Of a stretch of DNA of 64,000 bases, positions 26,098 through 36,220 are shown in pieces. The first letter of the stretch is position 1; every line of letters begins with the position of its first letter. The stretch spans positions 8,900 to 72,899 of the forward strand of contig DAIPKA010000033.1 of assembly GCA_036769985.1 (NCBI GenBank), read 5' to 3'. Source of the stretch: Candidatus Hydrogenedentota bacterium (GTDB lineage: Bacteria; Hydrogenedentota; Hydrogenedentia; Hydrogenedentales; SLHB01). Both the position numbers and the translations under genes were made by a program. The notes below the pieces were generated by a model. The model saw only the letters and a program-made list of their open reading frames with translations. It did not search any database and had not been told where the DNA came from.

Positions 26098-28622
26098 TCG
26101 TTCTCGCCTTCCGACGCACTATCGACATGGATCTCGAAAAACTCGCCTGGCACGCCATCCTCCCCGGCAAAGCCGATGCGCACAAGACGTCGGCTCGGCA
26201 GGAACACGACGCCGAAGTCTGTCTGCTCACTCCAAACGCGCGTCGAGTCGGCCATCAGGGGCTCCGTGTCGCGGAGGGCGCGCTCCAGTTCAGCCGCCGA
26301 GATGATGTGCTCTTCCTCGAGCAACTCGGCTACGCGTCGGTGTCGCGCGCAGGCGACGGGATCGGCCTGTGACGCATCGGTGGCCACGCCTAGGAGCACG
26401 TCGTTCTGCGGCAGGCGCACCTGGGGCATAGGGCCGCACTCGAGCACGCACGCCCGGTCCCGCTCCGTCTTCTTCGCGGGCGTGGCCAGCATCACATGGT
26501 AGCCGGCTAGTTCCGGGATATCCCGGATCTGGGCCAGGGCGCGATCCAGACCGTCCGTGTCTTGCAGGATGCTTCGGAGCACGATGCCAAGCGGTGGGCC
26601 GGCCACGGGACGCGGTTCCTTCTCGGATTCATCGGCCAACATGGCCGCCAGCGATGGGACGTCGATTCCGGAAACGGGAGTGGTTGATACCGGCGCCGCG
26701 CACAACACGAGGCCGGAATCGTTCATGCCGGCGAAGGTTCCCATACTCGTGGTGGAACTCACCGCGACGAACCGATGCCCTTCCTTTGGCGCGACATCCG
26801 TAACGAGCATCGCTCCGAGGCCGTTCGCGGCGCTATTGAACCCCACGAGTAGATCATCCGCGCCGGCCCGTTCTCCGAGCGCCGCGAACAGCGTGCCGGC
26901 CAGTGGCCCGGCTGCCGGCGCCGACGGCTGCGCGCTCTCGAGAAGCCATAGGGCGTCGAAGGGGAGGCCGAGGACCTCCGCCTGGCCGGCGAGGCCATCG
27001 ATCACGTGCTGAGATACGCCGTACAGGCGAGGCCGCGCCTTGATCGCCGAGGCCGGCAAGAGCAGCGGCGTCGGATCGAGGTATCGCCCTAGGAAACGGC
27101 CCAGTCCGGTTTCGGGGATCATCTTCGCCTCGGCGATGCTCGCCACCACCCGGTCCTTGTACGCGCGCTCCATCTCGTCGCGGAAAGCCAGGGCGCGCTG
27201 CGCGCCCATGGCGAAGTCCGTTCCGCGCAAGGTCACCCACCGTGCCCCATTGTGCGTTTCAACGGCGGGCGGCTCCTCGGCTTCAGCCTCCTCGTCTTCA
27301 CCATGCGGTGCCCGACTGGTGAGTAGGGCCAGCTGAACGTAGAGCCACTGCGCGATATGGGGTCCGAAGAAGTTCATCGAGGCTTCATAGGAGGCGGTAC
27401 CGTACAGGTCCACGGGGGCGAAGTATCCCAGGAAATCGTTCGCCAGGCCCACGGTGAACTGGGCCGCGTAACCCCATTCCGCCGCGCGTCGGCGGAGTTC
27501 AAGTCCGATCTGCACGCACGGCTCGCCAGGCAGGAAATGAACGGCGAGCGTTTCAGGGGGGGGCGTTTGTGCCGTTTCGCCGGGTGCCGCGCTCTGGACC
27601 TCGACCTCGAGCACCTGGAGTATCCCTTCCCTCGGGAGAAGGGCGTCCGCCAAGGATCGCGGAAGACTCGGCGCCGCTTGGGCTACCCGCAAAGCCGCAT
27701 CCCCGCAGACGACACTGCCCGCGACTTCCCACGTGCGCTCGCCCAATAGCCGGCCGAGCGATTCCGTTCGCTCCCATCCTTTCTTGGCTTCGGGATTGCC
27801 CGGTCCCTGGTTTCCCTCGGCCCCGTTCAGGAAGAGCGCGATGGTGTCGCCGCCGGCGAGGGTCTCGATCGTCGCACAACAGTAACCAGGGAAATCGGCG
27901 GAGATCGAGAATAGATCTGGACCGTCAATGGTCGTGGGATGCATGGCGAAGTTGGCCACGACCGCGATCGGCACGCCATCGGCATTCTCAACGCGAATGA
28001 CCCCCAACTGCGTATCCACGGGTCCACCGTCCTCTTGGCGGTTGACGGACAGGCCTTCCGCGACGCCCGCCGCAAAACCCACGGCGGCCCGCTGATGGCT
28101 GGCCCGCGCACTTTGCATAGCCTGGACGAAGGCCTGGGCCGTCGCGTCCAGTACCTCGGGCATGAATCGGCCCGAGACCGCCCGGAACGGCAATGCGCTG
28201 ATCATGCCGCCTTGGCCGCTGTGGGTGTGGGTGGCCGTCAAGATGATGAATCGAGGGCGATCTGTTTCGGTGGAAGAACCGTCGCGTAACGAGGTCGCGG
28301 CGAGTTGGTGGATGCGCTCGCGAAGCTCCGGGTTGATCAAGCACAGATCCGCGCTGAGGAGGAACACTTCCGTCTTGCCATCGTCGAGGTACAAACAACG
28401 CACCCAGAGCGGATCGTGCACATCCCTTGACTCGCGGCCCAGTCGCGCCCCATAGCCGTTGAGCGGCGTGCCCACGGGTGGGGTGATCGCGACCTTCGCG
28501 GCGCCGGCCTCGATCGCGCTCGCCGCGTGATCGGCGCCCAAGCCGCCCACAAACGCCAAGGCGAGGATCGTCGCGAACGCGCGCCGACGCGCCGAATATC
28601 GCCATCGGTTATTCATACTCAT
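26094..28622 (-). CDS. Secreted neutral/alkaline ceramidase-like domain fused to a C45/Ntn-hydrolase-like C-terminal domain
   Basis: Tat-like signal (SARRRAFATILALAFVGG..AASA). The N-terminal half matches ceramidase-family motifs (GAAKVAITPPVGTPLNGYG, DPLWVRCLYLDDG, TATHTHSGQGG). The C-terminal approximately 390 aa show a C45-like pattern (AGTLFAALGERAG..LLVGFN..GTFAGMNDSGLVL) with Gly-Thr where Cys-Thr is usual. The C-terminal call has low certainty. Confidence 0.65.
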   Translation of the reverse strand: MSMNNRWRYSARRRAFATILALAFVGGLGADHAASAIEAGAAKVAITPPVGTPLNGYGARLGRESRDVHDPLWVRCLYLDDGKTEVFLLSADLCLINPELRERIHQLAATSLRDGSSTETDRPRFIILTATHTHSGQGGMISALPFRAVSGRFMPEVLDATAQAFVQAMQSARASHQRAAVGFAAGVAEGLSVNRQEDGGPVDTQLGVIRVENADGVPIAVVANFAMHPTTIDGPDLFSISADFPGYCCATIETLAGGDTIALFLNGAEGNQGPGNPEAKKGWERTESLGRLLGERTWEVAGSVVCGDAALRVAQAAPSLPRSLADALLPREGILQVLEVEVQSAAPGETAQTPPPETLAVHFLPGEPCVQIGLELRRRAAEWGYAAQFTVGLANDFLGYFAPVDLYGTASYEASMNFFGPHIAQWLYVQLALLTSRAPHGEDEEAEAEEPPAVETHNGARWVTLRGTDFAMGAQRALAFRDEMERAYKDRVVASIAEAKMIPETGLGRFLGRYLDPTPLLLPASAIKARPRLYGVSQHVIDGLAGQAEVLGLPFDALWLLESAQPSAPAAGPLAGTLFAALGERAGADDLLVGFNSAANGLGAMLVTDVAPKEGHRFVAVSSTTSMGTFAGMNDSGLVLCAAPVSTTPVSGIDVPSLAAMLADESEKEPRPVAGPPLGIVLRSILQDTDGLDRALAQIRDIPELAGYHVMLATPAKKTERDRACVLECGPMPQVRLPQNDVLLGVATDASQADPVACARHRRVAELLEEEHIISAAELERALRDTEPLMADSTRVWSEQTDFGVVFLPSRRLVRIGFAGEDGVPGEFFEIHVDSASEGENE

Positions 28623-28671
28623 TCCGTATTATGTCACCCACGCGCCGGCTCCGGCACGCGTATTCTGCCCA

Positions 28672-29451
28672 TCACTGATGACTGAATCTCGGTTCCCGTT
28701 TCTCGAGGAACGCGGTGATTCCCTCGAGGGCATCCGGGCTCTTCGACACCGCAAGGAAGGCGTCACCTTCAACGGCCACGCCTTGCGACGTATCGTAGGC
28801 GCGCGCACTCAACGCGCTCAACGTGGCCCGGACGGCACTCGCCGGGAGCTTTGCCAGATCGGCCGCCAACGCCTTGGCCGTATCCATCAACTGCTCGGCC
28901 GGGACCACTGTGCTCACGAAACCCATCTCGAGCGCTTCCGGCGCCGTAAACGTCCGGCCCGTCAACAGCAGGTCGGTGGCGCGGGCCTGCCCGATAAGGC
29001 GAGGCAGCCGAAACGTGCCGCCCCAGCCCGGAATGATGCCCAGCTTGATCTCAGGCTGTCCGAAGACGGCGGAATCCGCGGCGATACGAAGGTCGCAGGC
29101 GAGCGTCAGTTCGCAACCGCCGCCCAGGGCCATACCGTTGACCACCGCGACCACCGGCTTCGTGCACGCCTCGACGGCGTTCATGGTCTTCACGCCTTCC
29201 GAGAGCAGCCCGCCTTCGACGAAGGGGTCCGCCAACATAGACTGGATGGTGGGCACGTCTGCGCCGGCGCTGAAGAACCGACCACTGCCCGTGATCAGCA
29301 CGCACCGAACCGACGCGTCCTGTTCGAGCTCCTCGAGGGCCGCCCGGATATCCAGAACCAAACCCAACGATAAGGCGTTTGCCTTGGGACGATTCAACGT
29401 GATGACTCCGTACGCCTCACCCTTGTTCACCAACACATTATCATAGCTCAT
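28672..29451 (-). CDS. Enoyl-CoA hydratase/isomerase (crotonase family)
   Basis: A GGAGGA SD lies 7 nt before ATG 29451; the ORF is open to 29568. ITLNRPKALNAL-like GVITLNRPKANALS, FFSAGADV and VNGMALGGGCELTLACD. 259 aa. Confidence 0.85.
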   Translation of the reverse strand: MSYDNVLVNKGEAYGVITLNRPKANALSLGLVLDIRAALEELEQDASVRCVLITGSGRFFSAGADVPTIQSMLADPFVEGGLLSEGVKTMNAVEACTKPVVAVVNGMALGGGCELTLACDLRIAADSAVFGQPEIKLGIIPGWGGTFRLPRLIGQARATDLLLTGRTFTAPEALEMGFVSTVVPAEQLMDTAKALAADLAKLPASAVRATLSALSARAYDTSQGVAVEGDAFLAVSKSPDALEGITAFLEKREPRFSHQ

Positions 29452-29666
29452 GTCCATTCCTCCCTCAATTCCCGGATATCCGGACTCCTTTCCCTTGAGT
29501 GCTCCCCAGGATGCGTGCCGACACAAGCCCTGACGAACAGGCCCCATCGTCTTGTCTGCCTGCCGCAACCCTCGACTACATGGTACCGACCCCGTTCGGG
29601 CCAGTCAACTGACCGCGGGTAGCGGGCCGTCGGGGGCCGATCACACCGGCTGGAGGCTACGCCCGC

Positions 29667-30917
29667 CTAGACCAGGCGGTGAATGACCGCACCCGAGGGA
29701 AGCTTGGGGAAGAAGTACGTGGCCTTCTGCGGCATCGTGTCTCCGGCTTCGGCACACGCCGCCACGTCCTCCGGCTGCGAGGGCTTGAGCAAGAACGCCA
29801 TGTCGAACCGGCCTTCGCGAACGGCGCGGATGGCCTCGGCGGCGTTGCATTCATACTCGAAGGGCGTATCGGCCCCCAACCCTAGGATGCGCTCGAGGAT
29901 GCCCCGATGGAGTACGGCCACGTCCAGATTGCGCCAAGCCGGCCCGTGATCGTTACCCAAGAGCGCGACGCGGTCGATAGGACGCAACCGGAGCAGATAC
30001 TGGCCAATGCCGTCGAGAATCAGCCCGATGGCGCAGCCGCTCTCCGCCCGGACGCGCCCCGGGAGGTCATCCACGTAATGCACCTCGAACCAGGGCTCGA
30101 GATCGGCCAGGAACCGGCGTTCGTCGAGGCGATGTCCGAGCGAGACCATTCGGTGCGGCGGATAGATGCGCAAGCCCGGATCCTGGAACGCCACGAATCC
30201 CATCAACACGTAGTCGTAGGGCCGAAGACCGTCAGGCCGCTCGATCGCGCGCTGTTCGTCCCGGTAGAGCATCGCGGTGCGGAATCGGTGATGCCCGTCG
30301 GCAATATACAGCTTCTTGTCGGCAAAGAATCGGGTGATGGTCGGTTCGTCGGGCGTGATCCACACCCGATGGATCACGCCGTCGTGCGTCCGGGCCTCGA
30401 AGGATGGCGAGGATGCGTTTGTTCCTTCCAGAAAACTGGACAGGGCGCCCGCCGAGTCGTCGTACAGCACGAAGACCGGGCCGAGGTTCGCCCGGGTCGC
30501 CCGCGTGAGGCGCAGCCGGTCATCGACCCGCACGTCGAAGGTGCGTTCATGTCCCAACACGAAGGATTGACCGGGCTCGGGAAGGCGCGTTACCGCGAAG
30601 AAACCCCGGCGTCGCTGAACGTAGCCTTCCCCATCGGCAAACTCCTGCTCGAGCAAGTAGAAGCACGGCGTGTCTTCCTGCTGGAGAACGCCGCGGGCAA
30701 TCCACTCCTCGATTCGCCGTCCTGCCGCGTCGGCCGGCATCTCCTCCGCGTCCGGCTGAGGCAGGATCAGATGCACCATGTTGTAGGGATTGCGCTGGGC
30801 CAAGGCCGCGCGGTGCTCCGGGCCGATGACGTCCCACGGGGGGGTGATTACGTCGTCCAACAACCCCGCGAGGGAGGGGTCGAAACGATGCGCTCGGAAT
30901 GGTCTCACTTCAAGCAT
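29667..30917 (-). CDS. DUF1015 family protein
   Basis: The MLEVRPFRAHRFDP.. N-terminus, VITPPWDVI and LYIADGHHRF are typical of DUF1015. The ORF is open to ATG 30983; the start choice is uncertain. Confidence 0.7.
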   Translation of the reverse strand: MLEVRPFRAHRFDPSLAGLLDDVITPPWDVIGPEHRAALAQRNPYNMVHLILPQPDAEEMPADAAGRRIEEWIARGVLQQEDTPCFYLLEQEFADGEGYVQRRRGFFAVTRLPEPGQSFVLGHERTFDVRVDDRLRLTRATRANLGPVFVLYDDSAGALSSFLEGTNASSPSFEARTHDGVIHRVWITPDEPTITRFFADKKLYIADGHHRFRTAMLYRDEQRAIERPDGLRPYDYVLMGFVAFQDPGLRIYPPHRMVSLGHRLDERRFLADLEPWFEVHYVDDLPGRVRAESGCAIGLILDGIGQYLLRLRPIDRVALLGNDHGPAWRNLDVAVLHRGILERILGLGADTPFEYECNAAEAIRAVREGRFDMAFLLKPSQPEDVAACAEAGDTMPQKATYFFPKLPSGAVIHRLV

Positions 30918-31108
30918 GGTATGGTGTCGGTTCGTTCCGCGAATTGAACAGGGCGAGGTTGCGTCACTGAGCAGGAGGATCATACCGTCCGGAACTCAGA
31001 GGATCAAGTTCATGGAGACCGTTTCATGGCCCTGAACGTTGGGCGAAACAAGAAAGTCCTGTTGTTAATAGAATTCATAGATTTCGATACAATGTGGCCG
31101 GTTTTTTC

Positions 31109-31138
31109 TTGACTTGTGCGCGGGCACTGGTGTACAAA
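31109..31138 (+). promoter_or_regulatory. Putative sigma-70 promoter upstream of the M4 protease gene
   Basis: TTGACT (31109-31114), an 18-nt spacer, then TACAAA (31133-31138), in the less GC-rich 30984-31286 intergenic region. Sequence match only. Confidence 0.3.
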
Positions 31139-31286
31139 AGGATTGGCTATACATAGTGTCTGGAAAGCCTGTTGCGAACGGGTGGCGTGTGTCTTGACTT
31201 GGGAGAAGGACGGAATGGTTGTTCTCGGCAGGGTCCACGCCGCACGATCCCGACTGGCCGGGCGGTGCTTCTTCAGGAGAGGGTGA

Positions 31287-34200
31287 ATGCGAGCACAAGT
31301 TATTCTGCCCTGGGTCGTTCTGTGCCTCTGTCTGCTTCCTCTGGCATCGTTCGGTGCGCCGGAGGCGGATCACGAGGATCTGAACAAGGTCTTGAAGACG
31401 CTCCATGCGCCCGCCGCCCAGGAGGCGCCGCGTCTACTCACCACCGACGAAGGATTCCTGCGCTATCTCGGCGCCCCACCCGGCGGGGAGTTCGATGTCC
31501 CCCGCGAACCGGGCAAGGCACTTGATCCCGTACAGCGTTCGAATCAGTTTCTGGTGGACCACGGTCGGGCGTTCGGCATCCTGAGTGCATGCGTCGACTT
31601 TCGACTTGATCGCGTCACCGCCGGTACCAGCCAATCGTATGTGCGACTGCAGCAGACCTATGACGGCGTCGACGTATTCGCCGGGCAGGTCGTGGTGCAG
31701 GTCGATGGCTCGGGGGGCATCAACAGCGTGCTGAGCGATATCCTCCGCGACACCGAGGCGTTCGACGACGGCGCGATCGATACCCTTCCCGAGGTCAGCG
31801 CGAAGGACGCGCGCACCTTGGCCGGAAAGGCCGTGGCCAACGAATCGCCCAGCCACGGGATCGGCGATCTCAAGGTCATCGCCGGCCCAACGCTCGTGAT
31901 CTACAGTCCGGCCGTCCTGGGCCTGGACGGCGACGCGGCCCTCGCGTGGTACGTCACGGTGGCCAGCCTCTACGACGCACAACTGTGCAAGGACGTTTTT
32001 GTGGACGCCCATAGCGGCGAAGTGCTCCTCCAATTCAACACCATTCCCGAGGCCCGGTATCGCGAGGTCTACGATGCCGCGAATATGTACGACACGGCAG
32101 GTGATCTGGCACGCAAGGAGGGTGATCCGCCGTCCGCCGTCGTCGATGTGAACGATGCCTACAACCACCTCGGTGACACGTACGATTTCTACTATGAGCA
32201 ACATGCGCGTGATAGCATCGACGGCCTAGGCATGACGCTGACCGCTATCGTGCGGGTATGCAGTATCTACTATGGATGCCCGATGCAGAACGCGTTCTGG
32301 GATCCGCAGGCCAAGCTGATGGCTTTTGGCGAGGGTTTCGCCTCCGCCGATGACGTGGTGGGCCACGAGTTGACCCACGGCGTGACGCGCAACGAGTCCA
32401 ATCTCATCTACATGGGCGAATCGGGCGCCATCAACGAGACCTTTTCAGACGTCTGGGGCGAGTTTGTCGATCTCACCAACGGCCGAGGCAACGACACGGA
32501 AGAAGTCCGGTGGCTCGTGGGCGAAGACCTTCCCGAGAGCATCGGCGTCATACGCAACATGGCGGATCCGCCGGAGTATGGCCTTCCGGATCGAATGGGG
32601 AGTCCGTACTGGAGACCTACAGACTGGATTTGGGACGACCAGGGCGGCGTGCATACCAACTGCGGCGTGGGCAGCAAGCTGTGTTATCTCTTGACCGATG
32701 GCGACGATTTCAACGGCTACCGCATTGATCCGCTGGCCGAGGAGTCGGATGCGAGCATTGCCCGCGTGGCCGATCTGTTTTACGAACTCCAGACGAAACT
32801 GCTCACGCCGGCCTCCGACTACAACGACATGTACATGCAATTGGCTCAGGCGACTATCAACCAGGGGTACACCTTCGATGAACGCCTGAACGTCCGCGCC
32901 GCGGGCCTGGCGGTGGAGATCGCCCCGTTGGGGTCGGGCCGCGAGTTGGACCGGTTCCGCGTCATGCCCGCCTACGACCGCGCGGCCAATCCCGTGGTCG
33001 TGCTCACCTGGGGGAATCCGAAGACGACGGACTTCATCGGCGTGACCGTAGTCCGGAATCTCTACCGGTTCCCGCTGGACCAGGGTGACGGAGTCGTTGT
33101 CTACTCGGGCAAAGCGGAGAAGGCGCTGGATCGAGACGTGGTCAAGAACACGGAGTATTACTACGCGATCTTCGCGGACTTCAAAAAGGACTTCCCGCAG
33201 GTGCTCTATGGCCGTGCGACGGCGGGCACCGAACCGCCGAACATGCTGAGCGAGGCCTTCGACATGAATCTGGCCGGCGAGGTGGGCTTGAAGATCGACC
33301 TGGACGAGTTCATCGATCTGCAGTTCCAGCAGTTGCTGTTTACGCCCGTCGGCCCGCCGGAATCTGCCCTGGGTGGTGACGAGGGATACGCCGACTATTT
33401 CAACTACGAGGCGACGAACACGCCCGGTGTTGTTGAGCTTCCCGTGCCTCGGCACGACAGTCAAGGAACGGCGTATGGGATTCCGTTGAACGACGACAGC
33501 TTCATCGCGTTTAGGTTGGACGACCCATTCCCGTTCTTCGGCAAGGAGTACTATACGTTGTATCTTGCGGCGAATGGGTACATCGCTCTCGAGCCTCCCA
33601 GCTACGACGAGAACTTCCCGTCGCTGGCGGCGCATTTCGCCTCGCCTCGGATCTCGTTCCTGTTCGGCGACCTCTCGCCCCAAAGCGGCGGGGAGGTTTG
33701 GGTGCGCGACTTGCCGGACCGCGTCGTGGTCACCTTCGACGGCATCCTCGAGTACAACGAGTCGATGTTCCTGCCCCCGGCCTCGTGGCGGAGCACGGTT
33801 CAAACGGAGTTGTTCTACAACGGCCAGATTCGGATCACCTATCTCCAGGTCTACAATGTGGGGAGCATCGTGTGCGGTATCTCCGATGGCCGCGGCGTTC
33901 CCATCGACCCGAGCGAGCTATTCCCGGATCTCGTCGAGGTGGATTACACGACGGACCTCTCCGACTTGCCGAACGACCGCACGCTCCTCAGCATCGATCC
34001 CGTCGCGCCGCAGTGGGTTTTGGCCGGCCAACCCGTGAGTTTTGCCGTGACAACGCACTCGCCGGCCGGCGTGCCACGCCTCCTCGCTCAGTGGGACGGC
34101 CCCTTGGCTGTTCCGCCGTTCGCGGATAAGGGGGATGGCACCGGCGTATTCTACTGGAGGACGGTGCTCGGCCAAGAAGGGATCTACACGTTGCGCGTGA

Positions 34201-35039
34201 CCGCGGCCCTGGGCGAGGAAGGCGCATATCAGGACGTCCGGATCCATGTCGGCGATCCGTCGCCCAAACCCGAGGCGCGGGACCTGCGCCTGCGATCGGC
34301 CAACCCCACCGAGGATCCCACGGAGGATCGGCCGGTCGACGGCCAGTCGCCCCTTATGGCCGAATATACCTACTACCACCCGCTGGCCGATAAGGATCCC
34401 GACCTCTATGGCGAGAGCATCCCGCTTCTTTACTGGGTGAGGAACGGCGGAGCGGTGGCGGCGCTCGATAACGCGTGGCAGGTGCCGCCGAAGTTCACGA
34501 GGGCGGGCGACAAGTGGTTCTTCGTTGTGACGCCGATGACCAAGCAGGGCGTCCGGGGCGAGCCGGCACGTTCGTGCACCGTCACGGTGGTATCCATGCC
34601 GACGATCACCAGCGCCACGCCGGCCACCGGACCCAGCACGGGCGCGACGACGGTTCTACTCACGGGCACCCGGCTGAGCAATCCGAAGAAAGTCACCTTC
34701 GGTTCAATCCCCGTGCAGAACATCCGATGCCTGGGTGATACGCAACTCGAGGTGGTTAGCCCCGCGCATGCGCCCGGCGTGGTGGATATTCTCGTCACCA
34801 CCGCCGAGGGCACCGGCTATCTGCTCGGCGGTTACGCGTTCGTCGATCTCGGGGCGACCATCGTCAAGGCCGACGTCAATCGCGACGGGCGGACGGACGC
34901 GCTCGACGTGCAACTGGTTGTTAACGTGGTGCTGGATCGCGTCGGCGCCAAGGCCGGCGTCGATGCCGACGCCAACCGTGACGGTGCCGTGAACGCGGGC
35001 GACATCCAGGCCGTTGTGAACGTGGTCCTGAGCAAGTGA
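31287..35039 (+). CDS. Secreted M4 (thermolysin-like) zinc metalloprotease with long C-terminal extension, IPT/TIG-like domain and dockerin-like repeats
   Basis: Signal peptide MRAQVILPWVVLCLCLLPLASFGA. Zinc site VVGHELTHGV plus GAINETFSD. An IPT-like segment (PTITSATPATGPSTGATTVLLTGTRL..VDILVTT). A terminal duplicated Ca-binding repeat: DVNRDGRTDALDVQLVVNVVL and DANRDGAVNAGDIQAVVNVVL. Confidence 0.85.
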   Translation: MRAQVILPWVVLCLCLLPLASFGAPEADHEDLNKVLKTLHAPAAQEAPRLLTTDEGFLRYLGAPPGGEFDVPREPGKALDPVQRSNQFLVDHGRAFGILSACVDFRLDRVTAGTSQSYVRLQQTYDGVDVFAGQVVVQVDGSGGINSVLSDILRDTEAFDDGAIDTLPEVSAKDARTLAGKAVANESPSHGIGDLKVIAGPTLVIYSPAVLGLDGDAALAWYVTVASLYDAQLCKDVFVDAHSGEVLLQFNTIPEARYREVYDAANMYDTAGDLARKEGDPPSAVVDVNDAYNHLGDTYDFYYEQHARDSIDGLGMTLTAIVRVCSIYYGCPMQNAFWDPQAKLMAFGEGFASADDVVGHELTHGVTRNESNLIYMGESGAINETFSDVWGEFVDLTNGRGNDTEEVRWLVGEDLPESIGVIRNMADPPEYGLPDRMGSPYWRPTDWIWDDQGGVHTNCGVGSKLCYLLTDGDDFNGYRIDPLAEESDASIARVADLFYELQTKLLTPASDYNDMYMQLAQATINQGYTFDERLNVRAAGLAVEIAPLGSGRELDRFRVMPAYDRAANPVVVLTWGNPKTTDFIGVTVVRNLYRFPLDQGDGVVVYSGKAEKALDRDVVKNTEYYYAIFADFKKDFPQVLYGRATAGTEPPNMLSEAFDMNLAGEVGLKIDLDEFIDLQFQQLLFTPVGPPESALGGDEGYADYFNYEATNTPGVVELPVPRHDSQGTAYGIPLNDDSFIAFRLDDPFPFFGKEYYTLYLAANGYIALEPPSYDENFPSLAAHFASPRISFLFGDLSPQSGGEVWVRDLPDRVVVTFDGILEYNESMFLPPASWRSTVQTELFYNGQIRITYLQVYNVGSIVCGISDGRGVPIDPSELFPDLVEVDYTTDLSDLPNDRTLLSIDPVAPQWVLAGQPVSFAVTTHSPAGVPRLLAQWDGPLAVPPFADKGDGTGVFYWRTVLGQEGIYTLRVTAALGEEGAYQDVRIHVGDPSPKPEARDLRLRSANPTEDPTEDRPVDGQSPLMAEYTYYHPLADKDPDLYGESIPLLYWVRNGGAVAALDNAWQVPPKFTRAGDKWFFVVTPMTKQGVRGEPARSCTVTVVSMPTITSATPATGPSTGATTVLLTGTRLSNPKKVTFGSIPVQNIRCLGDTQLEVVSPAHAPGVVDILVTTAEGTGYLLGGYAFVDLGATIVKADVNRDGRTDALDVQLVVNVVLDRVGAKAGVDADANRDGAVNAGDIQAVVNVVLSK

Positions 35040-35071
35040 TTTCACCGGAGTGAACGCACGCCGCTGCGCTC

Positions 35072-36220
35072 TTGTGCGTGGCGGCGTTGTTATTGTCGGC
35101 CGGCCAAGGGTATCCAACCATGTGCGGCACAGTCGTACTCATAGGCGCGGTTTCCCTATTGCTCGGGGGAACCAGCGGACAGATCGCCTACGTCTCCGGT
35201 ACCGAGCAGGAAGACCACTGCGTGTGCATCCTCGACCTCGCCAACGGTGCCGTCCGCCGTATCGGCATCGGCAAGTGCGACGGCGCACCGTCATGGTCGC
35301 CCGACGGCGAATGGCTGGCCTTCACGACGGGATCCGCCGAGGGTCTGGCCGTGGCCGTCGTGCGGGCGGATGGCAGCGGCCTTCGAATTGTCTCGCAACG
35401 GCACGGCTGGAACCTCTGGCCGCGGTGGTCGCCCGACGGCAAACGGCTGGCCTATGCCGCTGCAGAGTGGGATGCCTTCGAGACGCGCATCATCGTGTGC
35501 GATCTCGAAACCGGGGTCGAGTCGGAATGGGGCGAGGGGAAGACGGGCCTGATGCGCCCGGTGTGGCTGAACGGCGTCAAGCTGCTCTACAGTCTCAAAC
35601 AGCGCGAGGAGGCGCTGTACGGCGCGTCGGCGATGAACGACGTCTTTCGCGAACTCGAGCAGCTCAATGCGGTGGTTGCTGTCGGCACGGTCGGCGCGCC
35701 CGGCGCCTTCTCGACCGATCTGTTCATTGTCACGGCGCGCGCGACTATTCCCCTGGTGCCGAGAGATCTCAACACGGGGTCTTACTTCGAGTGGATCGTC
35801 GAGCTCAGCGATCGGGGCAGTATGATTGCGGTCGAGTCCAACGACGGCGGCGATCGCGAGATCTTCGTTTACTCGAAGCGAGGGATGGCCGACGTCACCA
35901 ACCATCGCGAGGCCGATTGGAATCCGGTGTGGTCGCCGGACGGCCAGTGGCTCGCGTTCGAGTCCTTCCGGAGCGGCCGCCGAGGCGTGTACCGCGTCTA
36001 TCCGGAAACCACCCGCGTCTTTCCCGTCGCCGTCGCCGCCGATCACGACAACTGGGCGCCAACGTGGTCGCCCGATGGGCAATGGATTGCCTTCGTGTCT
36101 GACCGGACGGGCGATCCCGAAATCTACTTCACGGATGCCTCCGGCAACGAGTGCCACCGCGTGACAGACCATTGCGGCGGAGACTACGCGCCCGCGTGGC
36201 GGCCGGAGGTCGATGAATGA
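35072..36220 (+). CDS. TolB-like PD40/WD40-like beta-propeller repeat protein
   Basis: Repeated PD40 motifs: SWSPDGEWLAF, RWSPDGKRLAY, VWSPDGQWLAF, TWSPDGQWIAF, YAPAWRP. Signal-like N-terminus; an alternative ATG exists at 35120. Confidence 0.75.
   Translation: MCVAALLLSAGQGYPTMCGTVVLIGAVSLLLGGTSGQIAYVSGTEQEDHCVCILDLANGAVRRIGIGKCDGAPSWSPDGEWLAFTTGSAEGLAVAVVRADGSGLRIVSQRHGWNLWPRWSPDGKRLAYAAAEWDAFETRIIVCDLETGVESEWGEGKTGLMRPVWLNGVKLLYSLKQREEALYGASAMNDVFRELEQLNAVVAVGTVGAPGAFSTDLFIVTARATIPLVPRDLNTGSYFEWIVELSDRGSMIAVESNDGGDREIFVYSKRGMADVTNHREADWNPVWSPDGQWLAFESFRSGRRGVYRVYPETTRVFPVAVAADHDNWAPTWSPDGQWIAFVSDRTGDPEIYFTDASGNECHRVTDHCGGDYAPAWRPEVDE

Noticed and set aside
29471-29482. Perfect 12-bp palindrome CCGGATATCCGG just upstream of the crotonase SD as an operator
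   Set aside because: It is a single short palindrome with no second copy or known regulator nearby, and it could arise by chance in GC-rich DNA. Noted only.
35050-36102. 350-aa ORF in an alternative frame of the TolB-like gene
   Set aside because: The translation is extremely Arg-rich (RRRRSRQ.. style), whereas the 35072 frame gives repeated PD40 motifs (WSPDG..AF). Only one frame can be real, and the PD40 frame is supported.
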